Shown: one piece after another, positions 1-13,500 of the stretch | Numbering within the stretch: the first letter of the stretch is position 1 | How the letters are laid out: every line of letters begins with the position of its first letter | NCBI GenBank assembly: GCA_002633005.1 | Contig: NMRA01000190.1 | Span: 549,157-613,156 of the forward strand | DNA: 64,000 bases | DNA from: Phoronis australis | Taxonomy: Eukaryota; Animalia; Phoronida | Direction of reading: 5' to 3' | Program-made: the position numbers and the translations under genes | Notes under the pieces: model-generated | Seen by the model: the letters and a program-made list of their open reading frames with translations, nothing else | What the model was told of the DNA's origin: nothing | The model's database searches: none

Positions 1-178
1 TTTTTTCTTGGATCGAATACTTCAGGAATCAAGGAAAATGATTGATTTTTAGAGGAAAAAAACAAAAATTTTCCTGGCCGGAGGGGGGGCAAACCCCCCT
101 CCCGACCTCCCCCAATTGGGTGCTGTTTACAGACAAAATGTTGGGCCCCCCCTTGTGATATCCTAGATCCGCCACCGC
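1..178. mobile_element. Right end of a G/C-run-rich non-autonomous DNA transposon (MITE-like)
   Basis: Ends in ...gggcccccccttgtgatatcctagatccgccaccg with internal G7 and C-runs, the usual layout of such MITE termini. The left end is outside the window. Confidence 0.45.
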
Positions 179-238
179 CAAATATATAGTGTATTGGGGA
201 GGATCAGAAGCTGAGGACGCTTGTGATAGGTCATATAG

Positions 239-323
239 CGGTTCCCAATTTTAAGAACCAGTGTCATCCATTGAGTAACAGGTCCATTATTCAGTGATTG
301 CCTGTTTCTCAAAATCAGGGACC
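239..323. repeat. Short (~80 bp) palindromic MITE-like element, copy 1
   Basis: Arms ttttaagaaccag / tgtttctcaaaa. Related copies at ~997-1070 and 29723-29798. Confidence 0.45.
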
Positions 324-996
324 GTCAAGGCGCTAGCAGTAGTTTTGGCCTATTTTGGATTGGTATGTTCACCAATGTTTACTCAGTACCGGGTGAATAT
401 ACTTTGTCCTCTTCAGTATCATCTTGGGGCATTGGTATTTTGGCCAGTTTGTTTCATTGGTAGTATTCTCTTGGCTGTTCTTTCATTCCACAGTGATCCC
501 CAGACAGTGCAGTCCTTAGCCGGATTTTCCCTACATTGCTGTTGTGACACGTGACTTCTGCATGCAATGTTTAGCCATATATAGCCTCTCTAAATCGTTA
601 AAGCCGAGTGGCAATTGTCTCGTGGCTGAACAATTTAGGCAATCAGCTCTCACACGTGCAACCCGATTTCAAGTCTCGGACTTTGCAAAATTTTCTACGT
701 TGGTTCCCAACAACATTAGAGCCTACGACCAGACGAGATGTCAGCACTCCTCTCACACAGTCCAGAGCGATGCTCCACCAACTGCAGAGGAAACCCAGAC
801 TAGCGACATGTCCGACCTGTGAGGGATAGGCAGCTAGCATCTGCGGAAGGGGGAGGAGTGTTGTGACGTGTGACTTCCAGGTGTGACGTTCAGCCTCTTT
901 AAATCACTTGGCTGAATGGTTTAGACTAGTGTCACATGTGCAACCTGAATTCAAGTTGCAGTGTCTCAGGGCAATAGTCTCACTGATATAACATCA

Positions 997-1070
997 GTAC
1001 CCGTATTTTGAGAACCAGTTTGATGCCCGTTATTCAGTGGAGAAAACTGGTTCTCAAAATTCTCGCACGT
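997..1070. repeat. Short palindromic MITE-like element, copy 2
   Basis: attttgagaaccagttt ... aaactggttctcaaaat form perfect inverted arms. Confidence 0.55.
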
Positions 1071-1250
1071 TATATCACACCATTACCGTGTTTCAGCTGT
1101 GCAAGCTAGATTTTCTACACTGCAGCACCAGCTGTCCATTAGGGAGGAGAACCTTTGAGCCTGAATTCTGCTAATTCTAATAAGGAAAACTTCAGTGGTC
1201 TCCTGGTGACAAAATGAATACTGATTTGTATTTTTATTTTTCATTTTCAG

Positions 1251-4200
1251 TGGTCCAACATTTTCCCTAATGAGACCGTGACAGAGCAACAGTCAGCTTT
1301 GTTTGTCAAGAAGCTTCTAGCTATAGCTGTATCCAACCTTACATATCTGCGGGCAATCTTTCCAGAAGTGGCATTTGGTGACAGGTGTTTGGAAGGTACC
1401 CTTTAAACTAGTCTATCATTACTTAATTCTCAGTGTTGACATTAACACTTGACCTTTGTGTAAAAACAAAAAAAAATGTATTTGTCTAGATTACCCACAT
1501 GGGTGTTTGAGAAATTTCAGAAATCTGGGTCCTGAAACTGTCGGAACTTCAAATTATTTTTGGCATTTTCTGACCTGCTCTGCAAACCTGTGATAAGTGT
1601 CTAATCTATGCTCATGTACATTATGGTTTATGCACATGAGTTTCTAGTCCAAGTTTGCACTTGATGGTCCTTAGATTTGAACTAGAATTACGAGATTTTG
1701 CAACTTAAGACTCAGACTTTTGGACTTAATGCTGGGGTCATCTAGTGCTAACTTAGGATTAGACAGTCATTCATCGAAATGATAATATACTCAAGCACAG
1801 AATAATATCTTGAGTTCGTATTGAAATAAAACCAAAATGTCAAAAATAATTTCAAATTCGATGTCGAGTACAAATATATAACCCTGGCCTGGGGCGACCT
1901 CCTTCCTGAGTTTTTGACTGTTGTGGAACAGCAGTTCTATTAGCAAAGCCCAATGTGCAGTCCCTAACAGATAGCAGAAATTCTTTGTGTTGAAATTTCT
2001 TATTAAGATAAACTATGGGTGGGTGTATAAAAATGAATCATTTAAAATCAATATTTTGAAAATTGGAGGCCTTGCATTCAGCTCATGACGTACCATTCTC
2101 CTGGAATGTAAAAATCAAGAAATTTCCACTATCATGATCTAATCAAGAATCAGGGGTCCATCAAACTTGTCAAGCAAGCCTTCTGTGTTGGTACACAATA
2201 CTGTGGTTAAGCTGGTCAGAGCTTACAGTCTCACAAAGCAATCAACAGGTGAAAATTAAGTCTTAATTTCTCTGAAAGTCTACTGTTTTTGTCCATTTGA
2301 AGTTTTTTTTGGTGAAAGTATTTCATACAAAACACATCTGTTTCACGACATTTGTTGAAAGTCATTTCAAATAGTATTTTTAAATATCCGTTAACCATCA
2401 GGTGCACTGTTTACAACATAGTTGCTGGATTAGTGAGATTATCAGATGAAAGCAATGAGAGAGCTGGACTATGTAAGCATTGGCTTGCCACTGTCAAATT
2501 GATAGGAACACAACACCACATGACACAGCTGCAGCCCCACAGGCTGATGAGGCCACCCAGTTACTCATTCCACAGCGCGGGTGCATAACGTAAATGTGGG
2601 TGTTAATCCAGACTACCATCTCAAAAGGAAGTTAAAACTCTCACCAAATTTGGACAAAAGCAATTGCCAAAATTGTCCTTTCTTATTTCCATTGCTTTGA
2701 ATGCACAAATTTTTTAAAACTTTGTTTTGTGTCAGCTGTGGTACAAAAGCTCAACATGGAAATCATTTAATTGATAGTACATACGTTTCATGGAAAAATA
2801 GAATTTCACTTGTAGCAAATATTGTGTCCTAAATTGGTGAAGTTTCAATGGTAACATTGATGGAATGAGACACATGTGTGAAAGCAATGTGGTTAGAGTA
2901 AAGTATTAGGTAAAAAGTATTGATCCACAACCATTACACTTCTGGAACCTAACTCTACTTTGTTAACATAGGCACAATGATAAAACTGACCTGTTTTGAG
3001 TGCCATCTATAATCTAATTTGCAAACCAAAAATGCAATATTAACAGAAGTAAAATTGCCTTCTTGTTTACATTGTTGAAATTTTTGATGAAATCGATGTT
3101 ACTGTTGAGCCACATTGTGTTCTATTAAGAAACATTACCATATGTAGAGCCCTAGAAAAATTTTAATGTTTGGGTAACTTCGGAATATCATATCTGAGAA
3201 ATAACTAATCAGACTCATTTGATACTTTCAGATACTATGCTTTATTCACATTTCTTTAAAACTGTTTTAGGAACTGTTTTCAAAATGCTCCACCCTTGCG
3301 TGATGGTTTGATGATCTTCATGAAAAAATATAAAGTTGCATGAAACGAAAACGACATAATTTAGAAAACTCTAACATAGTTTTTGCGATTTCATCCTGAA
3401 CACTGATTTTTATCAAGGAAATTTGGACATGTTATTGATACTCTTGTTTCTTTTTTGCCAAAATAGAAGGTTAGATGACCCAATTAATGACAGATTTGTA
3501 AAAGTCAAACATCAAATTTTACAGGCTTTTTACTTTCAAAAAACTACTTTTACTGTCAGTTAAGTTGTACAGTTTTGCAGGTATGTAGCTGACTATACAG
3601 ACAAGTCTGCTAGGTCTTACTTAACCTTATCAGAATTTTGTGAGACTTTCAAAGTCAGTAATAACTTGGCTTAGCCTTGAGCTGTAAGAAACACTTTATT
3701 TCATATCATTTTAATTAATGCACTAATGGGTATACACAGGCTAAAAATTCTTCAATTTGGTACAAATATACCTGCTAAAACTTGCAGTTTCCTATTTTAG
3801 AGATTTACCTGGACAATGCAGAACCATTCAAAATGTACGAAGTGTCGTTTCAAAACCAATTTTGTGTAAAATGAGGTAAAACTTTCTTATAAGTTATTTT
3901 TGTTGAGAAACTAAAGCCTCAATTGTAAACATTTGAAGTGTGTGCGACTTTGAAAATGAAAATTTGTAAATTTCAAGGGTGGGCGTTTAAGACAAACACG
4001 GGCATTAACCTGGACAAGTACACTATGCTGTCTAAAACATTATGCACGAGAGGTGAGGCTTCACAATTTATTTGATGTAGCTAGTGTTATGATGTTTTTG
4101 TTGCAGACCTCAGCCTTAAGATATTGAGAGATGACTGCACTTGCCCAGGGGCTTGCCAGGTTATTCAGTGGGTAAAAGGATGCTTCGATGCCTTAGACAA

Positions 4201-7200
4201 GAAATATGTATGTATTTGCAATAGTTTAAAGTCAATACAATGGTCCTAAGTAAACATTCCGTTTTTTACTATTCAGGGCTTATTCATGATGACCATTTAT
4301 GTTGTAGCTATAACAACCACAACAGCAGCAAAAACTAGTAAACATTTACTGATCCTATGTATGCACTCTTGTTTTCTGAATGGTCTTTACAAATATAAGT
4401 TGAAAAGTTGAAATGAAATGCGCATTAGTATATAGATAATGTCCTAAAGCTTAAATACTAAGTTGAAATTAACATCAAAGACGAACAAGGCCAACAAGAA
4501 TAACAACAACAACAGCAACAACCACTTGACTGGTTGCCATGACTTCCTTAAAACTGTTATGTAATGGCAGTGTATCATCTTGTGCTGATATTAATTGCTA
4601 GTCAATGCTTTTCAGTTAAAGACATTGATTATTGGAATCTATGTGAATCCTGATGACCCCGAGGTAATGTTTTTTTCTGTCTAAATGTCTTAAATTCATT
4701 TTTCAAAAACAATCGGTTGTTCAATGTTATTTAATTAAATGAACTTAGAGAGCTTCTACCATTCTTTATCTACGCCCTCCATGAAATAATCTGTCTCCTA
4801 ATATCTCTTAAATCCATTTCTTGTGCGCTTTCCCCAAAATGTTTGGCCACTCGTTACTTTTCAAGGACTTCTCACCTAATATCTTGTTAATCTGTCTGAC
4901 ATTGTTTTTTCCTCTCATGCTTCTATCTCCTTTGACGTCCTGTCTCAGCATTTACTTGGTTTGGTTACCAAATACATGTATTTGAAAATTAAAAAATGTT
5001 AAACTTGAAAGGTGAACACATGAATTTTAACCATCCTAGACACTTATTGAATCCTACACGTTCAAGTTCAACTACAACAATACAACAGGAACCGGTGTGG
5101 ATGTTTTCAGGTGAGCGTTTGCAGTTTGTGCCACCATTCATAAATCGTTTCAGGTTATAACTTTACTTCAATAACAAAACCGTTCTCAGTTATTTCCATT
5201 TGATTATTGTCAATCAATTTGTAGATTTCCATCTGCTTGACACTACTCCCCACCAAATGAGCTATATGTCCAACTATTCAGTCATTGTTGGGAGGTTTTA
5301 ATATAAAGGTGCGTGCCTCTACCTTTACCCAAGAACTTCCTACTTTTTGTAATGTACTTTTACCCTTTGTTACAGAAATGAGAAGAAGCTGGTGTCTGCT
5401 GTGAATGCAGCTGAAACCAAGAAGGCAACAATACGTTTGCTGCGAACAATAATTGTTCTGACTCAGTCCCTGAAGTCATTGCCTGACAATGTGATGATGA
5501 CTATGAAGTTGCTATACTATGATGAAGGTTAAACTAGTGTTTTGAAATAGTTTCAGTGTATTCACACAATCACGGGCATCTGTATATATTTGCTGTCTCA
5601 GTCTCTTGTTTGATCAGGTTTTCCTGAAGACATGACTTGATAATTTGTCTAGACACACCTTCAGCAAAATACATGGATATTAATAACGAACCAGGGGAGA
5701 CTACTACACAGTATTGTGATTATAGGCTCTGTTGTAACAGGAGCTACAATCATAGGAGTTGATTCAATAAGGCCAGAACATGTCGAGATCTTCTCATTGT
5801 TTTTGGTGTTTTGACTAAGACACTTGATATTTTGTCCTATTCAATGAACAGCTCGTTTTAGTGAAAGTGTTAGTGTAAGTAGATAAGCAGCAAACCAATT
5901 ATTAGTTTTCTTCTTGGTGCATATTTAGTGGTTACTGTTAAATCTCAGGATTCCCCAGTGCCTGAGAATCTATTTGGTACCATTCCCCTGGAGTGTAAAA
6001 ATCAAGAAATTTCCACTATTAGGATCTAATCTAGAATCATGCTCCATTAAACTTGCCAAGCAAGCCTTTTGTGTTGGCACACAATTACTGTGGTTAAGCT
6101 GGTCAGAGCTTACAGTCACACAAAGGAATCAACAGGTGAAAGTTAAGTCTAGTTTTTCTGAAAGTCATCCGTTTTTCTCCATTTGAAGTTTTTTGGTGAA
6201 AGTATTTCATACAAAACACATCTGCGGCTTCACGACATTGTTGAAAGTCATTTGCAAATAGTATTTTTAAATATCAGTTATTGGCAGGCACCATGTTTAC
6301 AACATAATTGCTGGATTACATGAGCTTATCAGACAATAAGAGAGTTGGACTGTGTAAACATTGGTTTGCCACTGTCAAACTGATAAGGACATGGCTGTAT
6401 CCTGACTGGCCAACCAGTCAGTCCCCATACTCATTCCACAGGGTGGGAGCCTAACATATTGCCAAAGCCTGGACGACTGTCCCTTGAGTTATTACTTGTT
6501 TTATTATTTTTATTCAGTGCTTGTGTAGCAATAACACATTAATGGCAATTAATAAAGTCAGCAATAACATATATAATAATGTAATTTTATTTGAAATCTT
6601 AGAATTAATGTTTTCTAAACAATTATCACATGATGCCTATCTGTTTGTTTCCCATTGAGCAAAAATATGCATTGTATTACAAACTCCAAATTTGTTGATA
6701 TGTGGAACAAAACCAAAACAACTTTATTCCGTATTGCAGTGACACCTGTAGACTATGAACCTCCTGGTTTCAAACCAGCGGACAACGACACCTTCAGATT
6801 TGAGGATGATCCGATGAACATCAGAGTTGGTGATGTGCAAACGGTATATTGCTGAAAATGCCTTTGCGGTTATTTTGTGAACGCAATCAAACAGTGTTGC
6901 AATGAGCCCTAACGAGACCTGTCTAATACATTCGCTGTAACTGAAGTTTGTTGTGACCATTAGAAATTGCATGAGTGAGTGAATGTTATTAACTCAGTTT
7001 GTTGTAATAGGTTGGACTCTAGCTTAGTGTTGGAAATTGTCCAAACAAATGTTAAAAGTTTTGTCGGTGTTAATTAATCATGCTTTGATTTTCTACTTTC
7101 AGCCTTTCCACACGTGAGTATGCTGTATTTTCAATTTTCATTATGATGTTTTTGCATGTCTATCAACAATGCATGTAGATAATAAGATCTTTGTCTTTTT

Positions 7201-7525
7201 TCTCAGTGGTTTGTTGATTTTAGTGCCTGAAATTGGCATGCAAATGACATTTTCCATTAGTGAACAATTGTCACTTTGATAAATGCTTTTCTTTGGCACT
7301 GTCGGCACTTGTTCATGTATGCTTGCTAATCAAATGAATATTTTTGGTGTTCAGTGTAAAACTGAGGATCAAAACAGACCGAAAACAGTTTGAGCTTCAA
7401 GAAGAAGAACCAATTGCCGAAGAGGAAAACAACCAAATATCTGAAGGTTTGGACATGGAAACTGAGAGTAGAATGGAGGTGAGTGACATTCAGTCTTTCA
7501 ATTAAACCAAAGTTATGCTTTAATA

Positions 7526-7562
<37 letters not shown>

Positions 7563-10500
7563 CAGGTGTGAGAGTTTTGCAGTTTTTCAACTAGCTCTTG
7601 TAAACGCTGCTTGTGTGGCAGTGTATGTGATGTTTAATGTGTGTTTTTGTTGTTTCCAAGTCATTTTGTAACATGACCTAGTGTTTGGCCTACACTTTCA
7701 AACACTGGGATCCTTCCAAAATTCCTGGAATCCATTTCAATTTCTTGTGGTCCTAGAAAGCAGTTCAGAAATTATAACACTAGAAGAGAATGATACATGT
7801 CATGAGAATAGTATGTGCAGGCTATGCTACACCAAGACTAGCCTAGGCACAGTGCCTTACCCTAGCCAAGTAGCAAGTCAAGCCTATTCATAAAGACATT
7901 CCCAAGTTCACTGAGCATGTAAATATTTGTTTGAAACTGCTGTGCCTGGGGGATAATTAAAAAGAGACAAAACGGATGAATTTCTTCAGTTTCATGTCCT
8001 TAAAGTGTATAAAAGTTGAATCTCAATCTCCATCTTTATTATCTTGGTTGTACCAAAACATGCTGAAGCTCAGCCTCGGGTAGAAACTAGACATGTTTTT
8101 GTCAGTTTGAGTTTTGGCTAATAATTATTTTTATGCTGAATATTTTTGGTGTTGAAAAAACGCCATTCACTTTATTCACACTGAGTTCTCAAGTACACCA
8201 GATAAAGCTTACAAGAAGCCTTAATGTACTTGTTTTTGTCAGTCACTCTTTATCATCTTGCTTTGGTTTTATGCAACTTAGTAGTTAGTTCATGAAAATT
8301 CTGATTGGCTTAGTTTTCGATGGCTCCTTATGAATAAGTGGAACATGTTATAAACAAAGTGCAATTAAGAGAACAGTGCAAAAATCGTGATATCTGAAAG
8401 TGTCATTTGAATCCTTCCAGCCACTTGCATTTCTTAGATTTGCTGTTGTGAAGTTGTTGGTGTTTTCTAGGGTTTCTTCTGCCCTAAACAATTTCTCCAA
8501 TTTAAAGGACACAATATGGCATATAAGTAAAATTTTGTTATTTTCGTAAAGGCAGTCCAAATGAATGCATTTCCATGTTCAAGTTCTGTATCATATCCAT
8601 CACCTGACAATATTTTAAAATATGACCATTTAAAATAATGTTAGGAGACCTTGAAATCTGAAAACAGTTTTGGCAATCATTTTTATTTGAAATTGGTGAG
8701 ATCTTACTGTATACCAATTAGTTACACATAACTTTTGACAACATTTTTTATAGGGAAGATAACAAAAAATCAATTAAATTTAAGGTATGATTTCAGGCAA
8801 TATTTGTTGATGGAGACATGATAGTACCTGAATCAAAATCGTTTCATTACTCAGGAATTCAACTGGTTCCATGGTATCTTGTACTTCATCCAAGTACAAG
8901 AACTGTAAGTACAGGCAGTCCATGATGTCTTGAAAGCACAGATTCCATCTATTACTATCCTGATTCTACCTGAGACTGAACTGGCTATTTAAATGAGTAT
9001 GTTTTTAGTTCTTGCTAAATTATTTGTATCAGGACATTTCAAGTTGTGTATTTTTTCATTAAGTGTTTATTTATTTGCATTGAGTATCTTGATGAGGGTC
9101 AGCACTTTTTCATTGTTCCATTGAATAAATACTAAAGGTGTCCCCTGAAAAGACTTGTGTCAACAGAGCTGAAGCTTTGAGTACCCAAGATGAAGAGAAG
9201 CGCTTGAATGAGTTAAAACAGCCTCAACAATGCGATGATGTTCCCCTTGAAGAGCCTGTTAAACCAGGTATTGATTTTATATAACAGTATTAAGAGTAAA
9301 TAAGTGGTTATGTCATAGGATCTTTGTTTGAGTTCAAGTAGTATCCCAATAAATCAGTGGTTATGACAGCGCATCATATGGGCAAAAGCAAAGTAAATGT
9401 TGGTCTAGAGTAATATAAATAATTTGAATTGAGATCGTGCCAGGTTTTGATTCATTTGAACGTTTTGAACACAATTCATAGCATGATTCACACAATCTTT
9501 GAAAAATGAATAATTATTTTTTAATAAATGAATCTTCTGTGAATTGAGCAATATTTTCACCAGCAAATACTTAATAATTTGTCCCAAATGATAGCTCTGT
9601 GTCAAATGATAGCTTTGTGTAATTGATATTCATTCATTTAATGTAATGACACCATGAACAATAAAAAATGGATTTTGTTGTTTTGTGGAATGTCACAAAC
9701 TGTGTATTTCCCATTTACGCCATCAACAAGTTCTTATTTATTCAGGCACTGATGACCAAGCAGTAAGCCAGCCAATGAGCCAGGAAACCCACTCAGATGT
9801 CAATAATGATGACTATGGTGTACGATGTCCATGTGGCTGTAACGAGGTAGACTGTTGTAGTTAGGCCTGTGGCTTTACATCTTACGAAAATGTGCAGGGC
9901 TCTGTTATAAGAGGGGAGGCCCCGCCAGCTTGGGTAGTTATTTTATACTCAGTTAACATCTCTGGCCATAGGTGAGCATATAGCCTCTCAACTATCATTT
10001 CAGATTGATCACTGGTTTGTGTTTATGGTATCATCTCCGTTGGTATTTTGGCTTCGTGTTATCAGTGGCCGCATCGATCATTTCGGTTGGGTAAAAAAAT
10101 GAAAGCAATTGAAGTGTGAGAAGTAGTATTGTCCTGGATGGGGGTTTTCATCATTTTATATCCACTTTTCCATGTGCTGAGGCCTGCCAGTGAATTTTGA
10201 ATGTGCCCTACCAACAATGCTCACTTAGAAGAGGACCCTCTCTGAGTAAATCGAGCAGTGTTAGTGAGATTGACTTATGAGATCCAAGTTCCTGAGATAT
10301 TGACATCCTGTATTTTGTACTGCACAACTGGTGCTACTGTGAGCAGTTAGCTTTCAATTTATTATTCTCTTCTTTGCGTTGATTGAAAATGTCAGCCGTT
10401 GTGATTACTTACTTGTTTTAAGTGCAAATGTTCTAATATCTTGCAGGATGATGGTTTGATGATATTGTGCGCCTTGTGCAAGTTTTGGCAGCATGCTATC

Positions 10501-13500
10501 TGCTTTTCCATTACTAATGAGGCCGATGCACCATCAACTCACATATGTGAACGGTGTGCCAATGTAAGTTGGTATTGATTGATACTAATTAATGGACTGC
10601 TAGTATTTAACTAGCTGTGAGTTGATATCATTACTGTACTTAAGTGAATCGTTTTCATCAAAAGCAAACACAAATTCACTCAACAGTATTAGGTTCTAGT
10701 GTACCCTGTTATGATGGCATGAAATCGAGTAAGACTAAAATAAAACCCATTTGAATACCAGTACACAGCTGAAAGATTTTGTAAAATGAACCTGGTGACT
10801 TTCTTGAGCATATTTTGTCTTTCATTTCTCATTTGCCTAGTCTCTACTGAATCTGCGAAATTTGTATTTGAGTCTGGGACTGTAAGCTGTGTGGGTTTGT
10901 GGTTTGAACGGTTAGACCTTAAGGATTTCTTTTCAACTTCATGTGTATTGGAATCACATCCACTGAGTTTACTTTAATTACATTACTTAGACCATTAATT
11001 CTTTATAACGACTTTACTTTTATAGTGTTAAAAGCCTGGAAAAAAATTCTAAGGGATTGAAAGATGTCTTTTTGAAGTATATGGCAAAAGATTATTTAAT
11101 CATGAAATTGAGAAGCTAAAGGACATTTAAGATAAAACTGTGTGTAATGAGGTAATTATCATCAGATTCAGATTCAATATTGCGAACAATGGAAATTCAT
11201 TTCATCAATTTTCTCAGCAAAATAACTTTGATGTATATTCTGGTTTGCATAGTATAGCTGTCACCAAACAACTTGTGGTCACATTTTTAGTATGTGCTAC
11301 AATGTAGTAAGCCTTTCAAATAGAAAAATGGCAAATCCGTAAATGATAACTTTTGTCTCAAATTGCAGAAGTTTTCCTTAGGTCAGATAATCTGTGAAGC
11401 TGAGTGCACCTCATGAAATTAAAATTGGTCATGGCTGAGGTGGATTCTGAACCAGATTAGAAATTATACATTGTATTTTTCTCCTGCTATAATTCTGAAA
11501 TGCCTGGTTTTATTGCCATGCCAACTGCTTTTCAACTGAAGGGACGGCAACACAATCCTCGTTTTTGGAAACCTCTGAAATTGTAATTATCTGTGAGATG
11601 CTGAGGCTCATTCTTAGTAGCCTGTATTTCATTGTAATTGTTCTTCTGTATCTTGTGTTTTGACATAGAATAGTTTTAATTTTCTCCAATGCGCAATATT
11701 GTTTGTTGAATAAATGTAGTGAAAAACACAAGCTTAAATGTTCCTTAGGGCTGCATTCCTTAGATCATTAGCCAATTAGTCAGTGTTCCAATCTCCAATC
11801 AATCACTTCAGTGGCTGCCATTTTGCTAAGTTATGCTAGTACAGTCTCAGGCACACTTGCAAAGAACTTGCCTTTCTCTCGTGTCATTTTGCAAGGTCTT
11901 GTGCGATCTTGCTTTTTGTGAGGAACGCTGACCTGTCAGCTCTACTTTCAATAAATTGTGCCTGTAATGAAATATGTGTTATTCAATATATTAAAATAAT
12001 AGAATACTATTGCTACTGTTGACATTAATTATAATGCCAGTAATAGTGAAAATAAATGTATTAAATTACACATGATTTTATTTAGAGAATTTGGAGATGT
12101 TATTACCTGTGGTTGCTGTGCCAAATAAGTAAATACTTGCGTTCTAAACAAGGCTAATAATTAAAAAGCAAATGTAGGTATATTAACACCGAATGTCTTC
12201 GTGGACTTTCCCATGCAATAACCTTTTGGGTTTTTAAAGCCAAATAACTAAATGACATGCCCAGCTTAAAAGCTGCATGGGCATGTGATTTGGTTGTTAC
12301 GCGGCTGTATCAAGATGCACGTGTTATGAAATTTATGCCTTTCTTGAAGTGTATGCATAATAAACATGCTACCACTATTTGTTTTACATTTCCAGGTGAG
12401 TGATCCATCCAAACTGCCCACAGATGCTCATTTGTCTGGCCTCAAAGAAATCGCCTTGCAGGCCACTTGTCTATGGCGAAGAACATTGCATGCATGTTCT
12501 GATCTACCCCATGTGATGCCAAATACTCTGGCTAACAGGCTCGGTGTCGAAATGACTGTTGCCCAAGGTCTAATAAATAGATTGGAAAAAGAGGGCTTCT
12601 TGAAACTAAATTCTAGGACAAAAAGGTAAAAAATGGAATTTTGTTAAGCAAGTGTAATTATTTGCTTTGAAAACGTGAATTTTGAATTCATATTTTTATG
12701 TTATTTTTATCTTTTGTCTTTATTTGTTTAGGACCAAGAAGGAAATTAATAAAGAGAAGATTGTCAATGTTGGATTTAGCAAATACCTGAACAGAAAGTT
12801 GCTGACCCCTGAGAGCATCAATAAAAATCTGGAATCAGCTAATCAAGTTATCCATAATGACAGCACAGAGGTACTTTGATCTGTTTTTTCTGTTAGTAAT
12901 GAAGGTAAAATAATAAGTCACTTACTTATCGATGGGTGCTATTATAGCATATTGAGTAACATACAATATTAGATGAACAGTGAACACAAAAATTGTTCCA
13001 CTTCGCAGTAGCGATAGGATCATGATGAGAAAGGTACTGTCGATGGACAAATATAAAAGGCATTTTCCAGTTTGGGACACTAAAATTCAAGCCAAAATTG
13101 AATGCAATGTTTTCATGGTTCCAGGTACTGTACATCATCATCATTTGCCGTTGATTGTAATCCTTGAATTTGGGAGAGCTATTGCCTACCGTACTTCTGA
13201 AACTTGGTATAAGCTCCAATTTTGAACTAAATAATTTTGAAGTGTCCTAAACTGGCATACATTCTCCTATGCACTGATACAACAAAAGTCTTAGGCTGAT
13301 CAGAGTCGGGGTCGCTTTTATACATAACTCATTTACATTTCAACCACATGAATTTTGTTAAAAGTATGACAAAGGAATATGAATGAGTATTAATAAGCCA
13401 GTGACAGAGGCATTGCTGATGATGTTTTTGTCTTAAAAATATGCTGCAGAAGCTGATTTTCTATTGTTTACATAAATTAGACGTTATTAATAAACAATAA

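Noticed and set aside
2544-2570. CTGATGAG hammerhead core
   Set aside because: No stem II followed by GAAA, and the motif is absent from the second repeat copy.
8754-8784. Possible 31-nt extra HORMAD exon (tag|ggaagat...ttaag|gtatga)
   Set aside because: Its phase does not fit the flanking phase-0 junctions unless another small exon exists, and I could not identify one.
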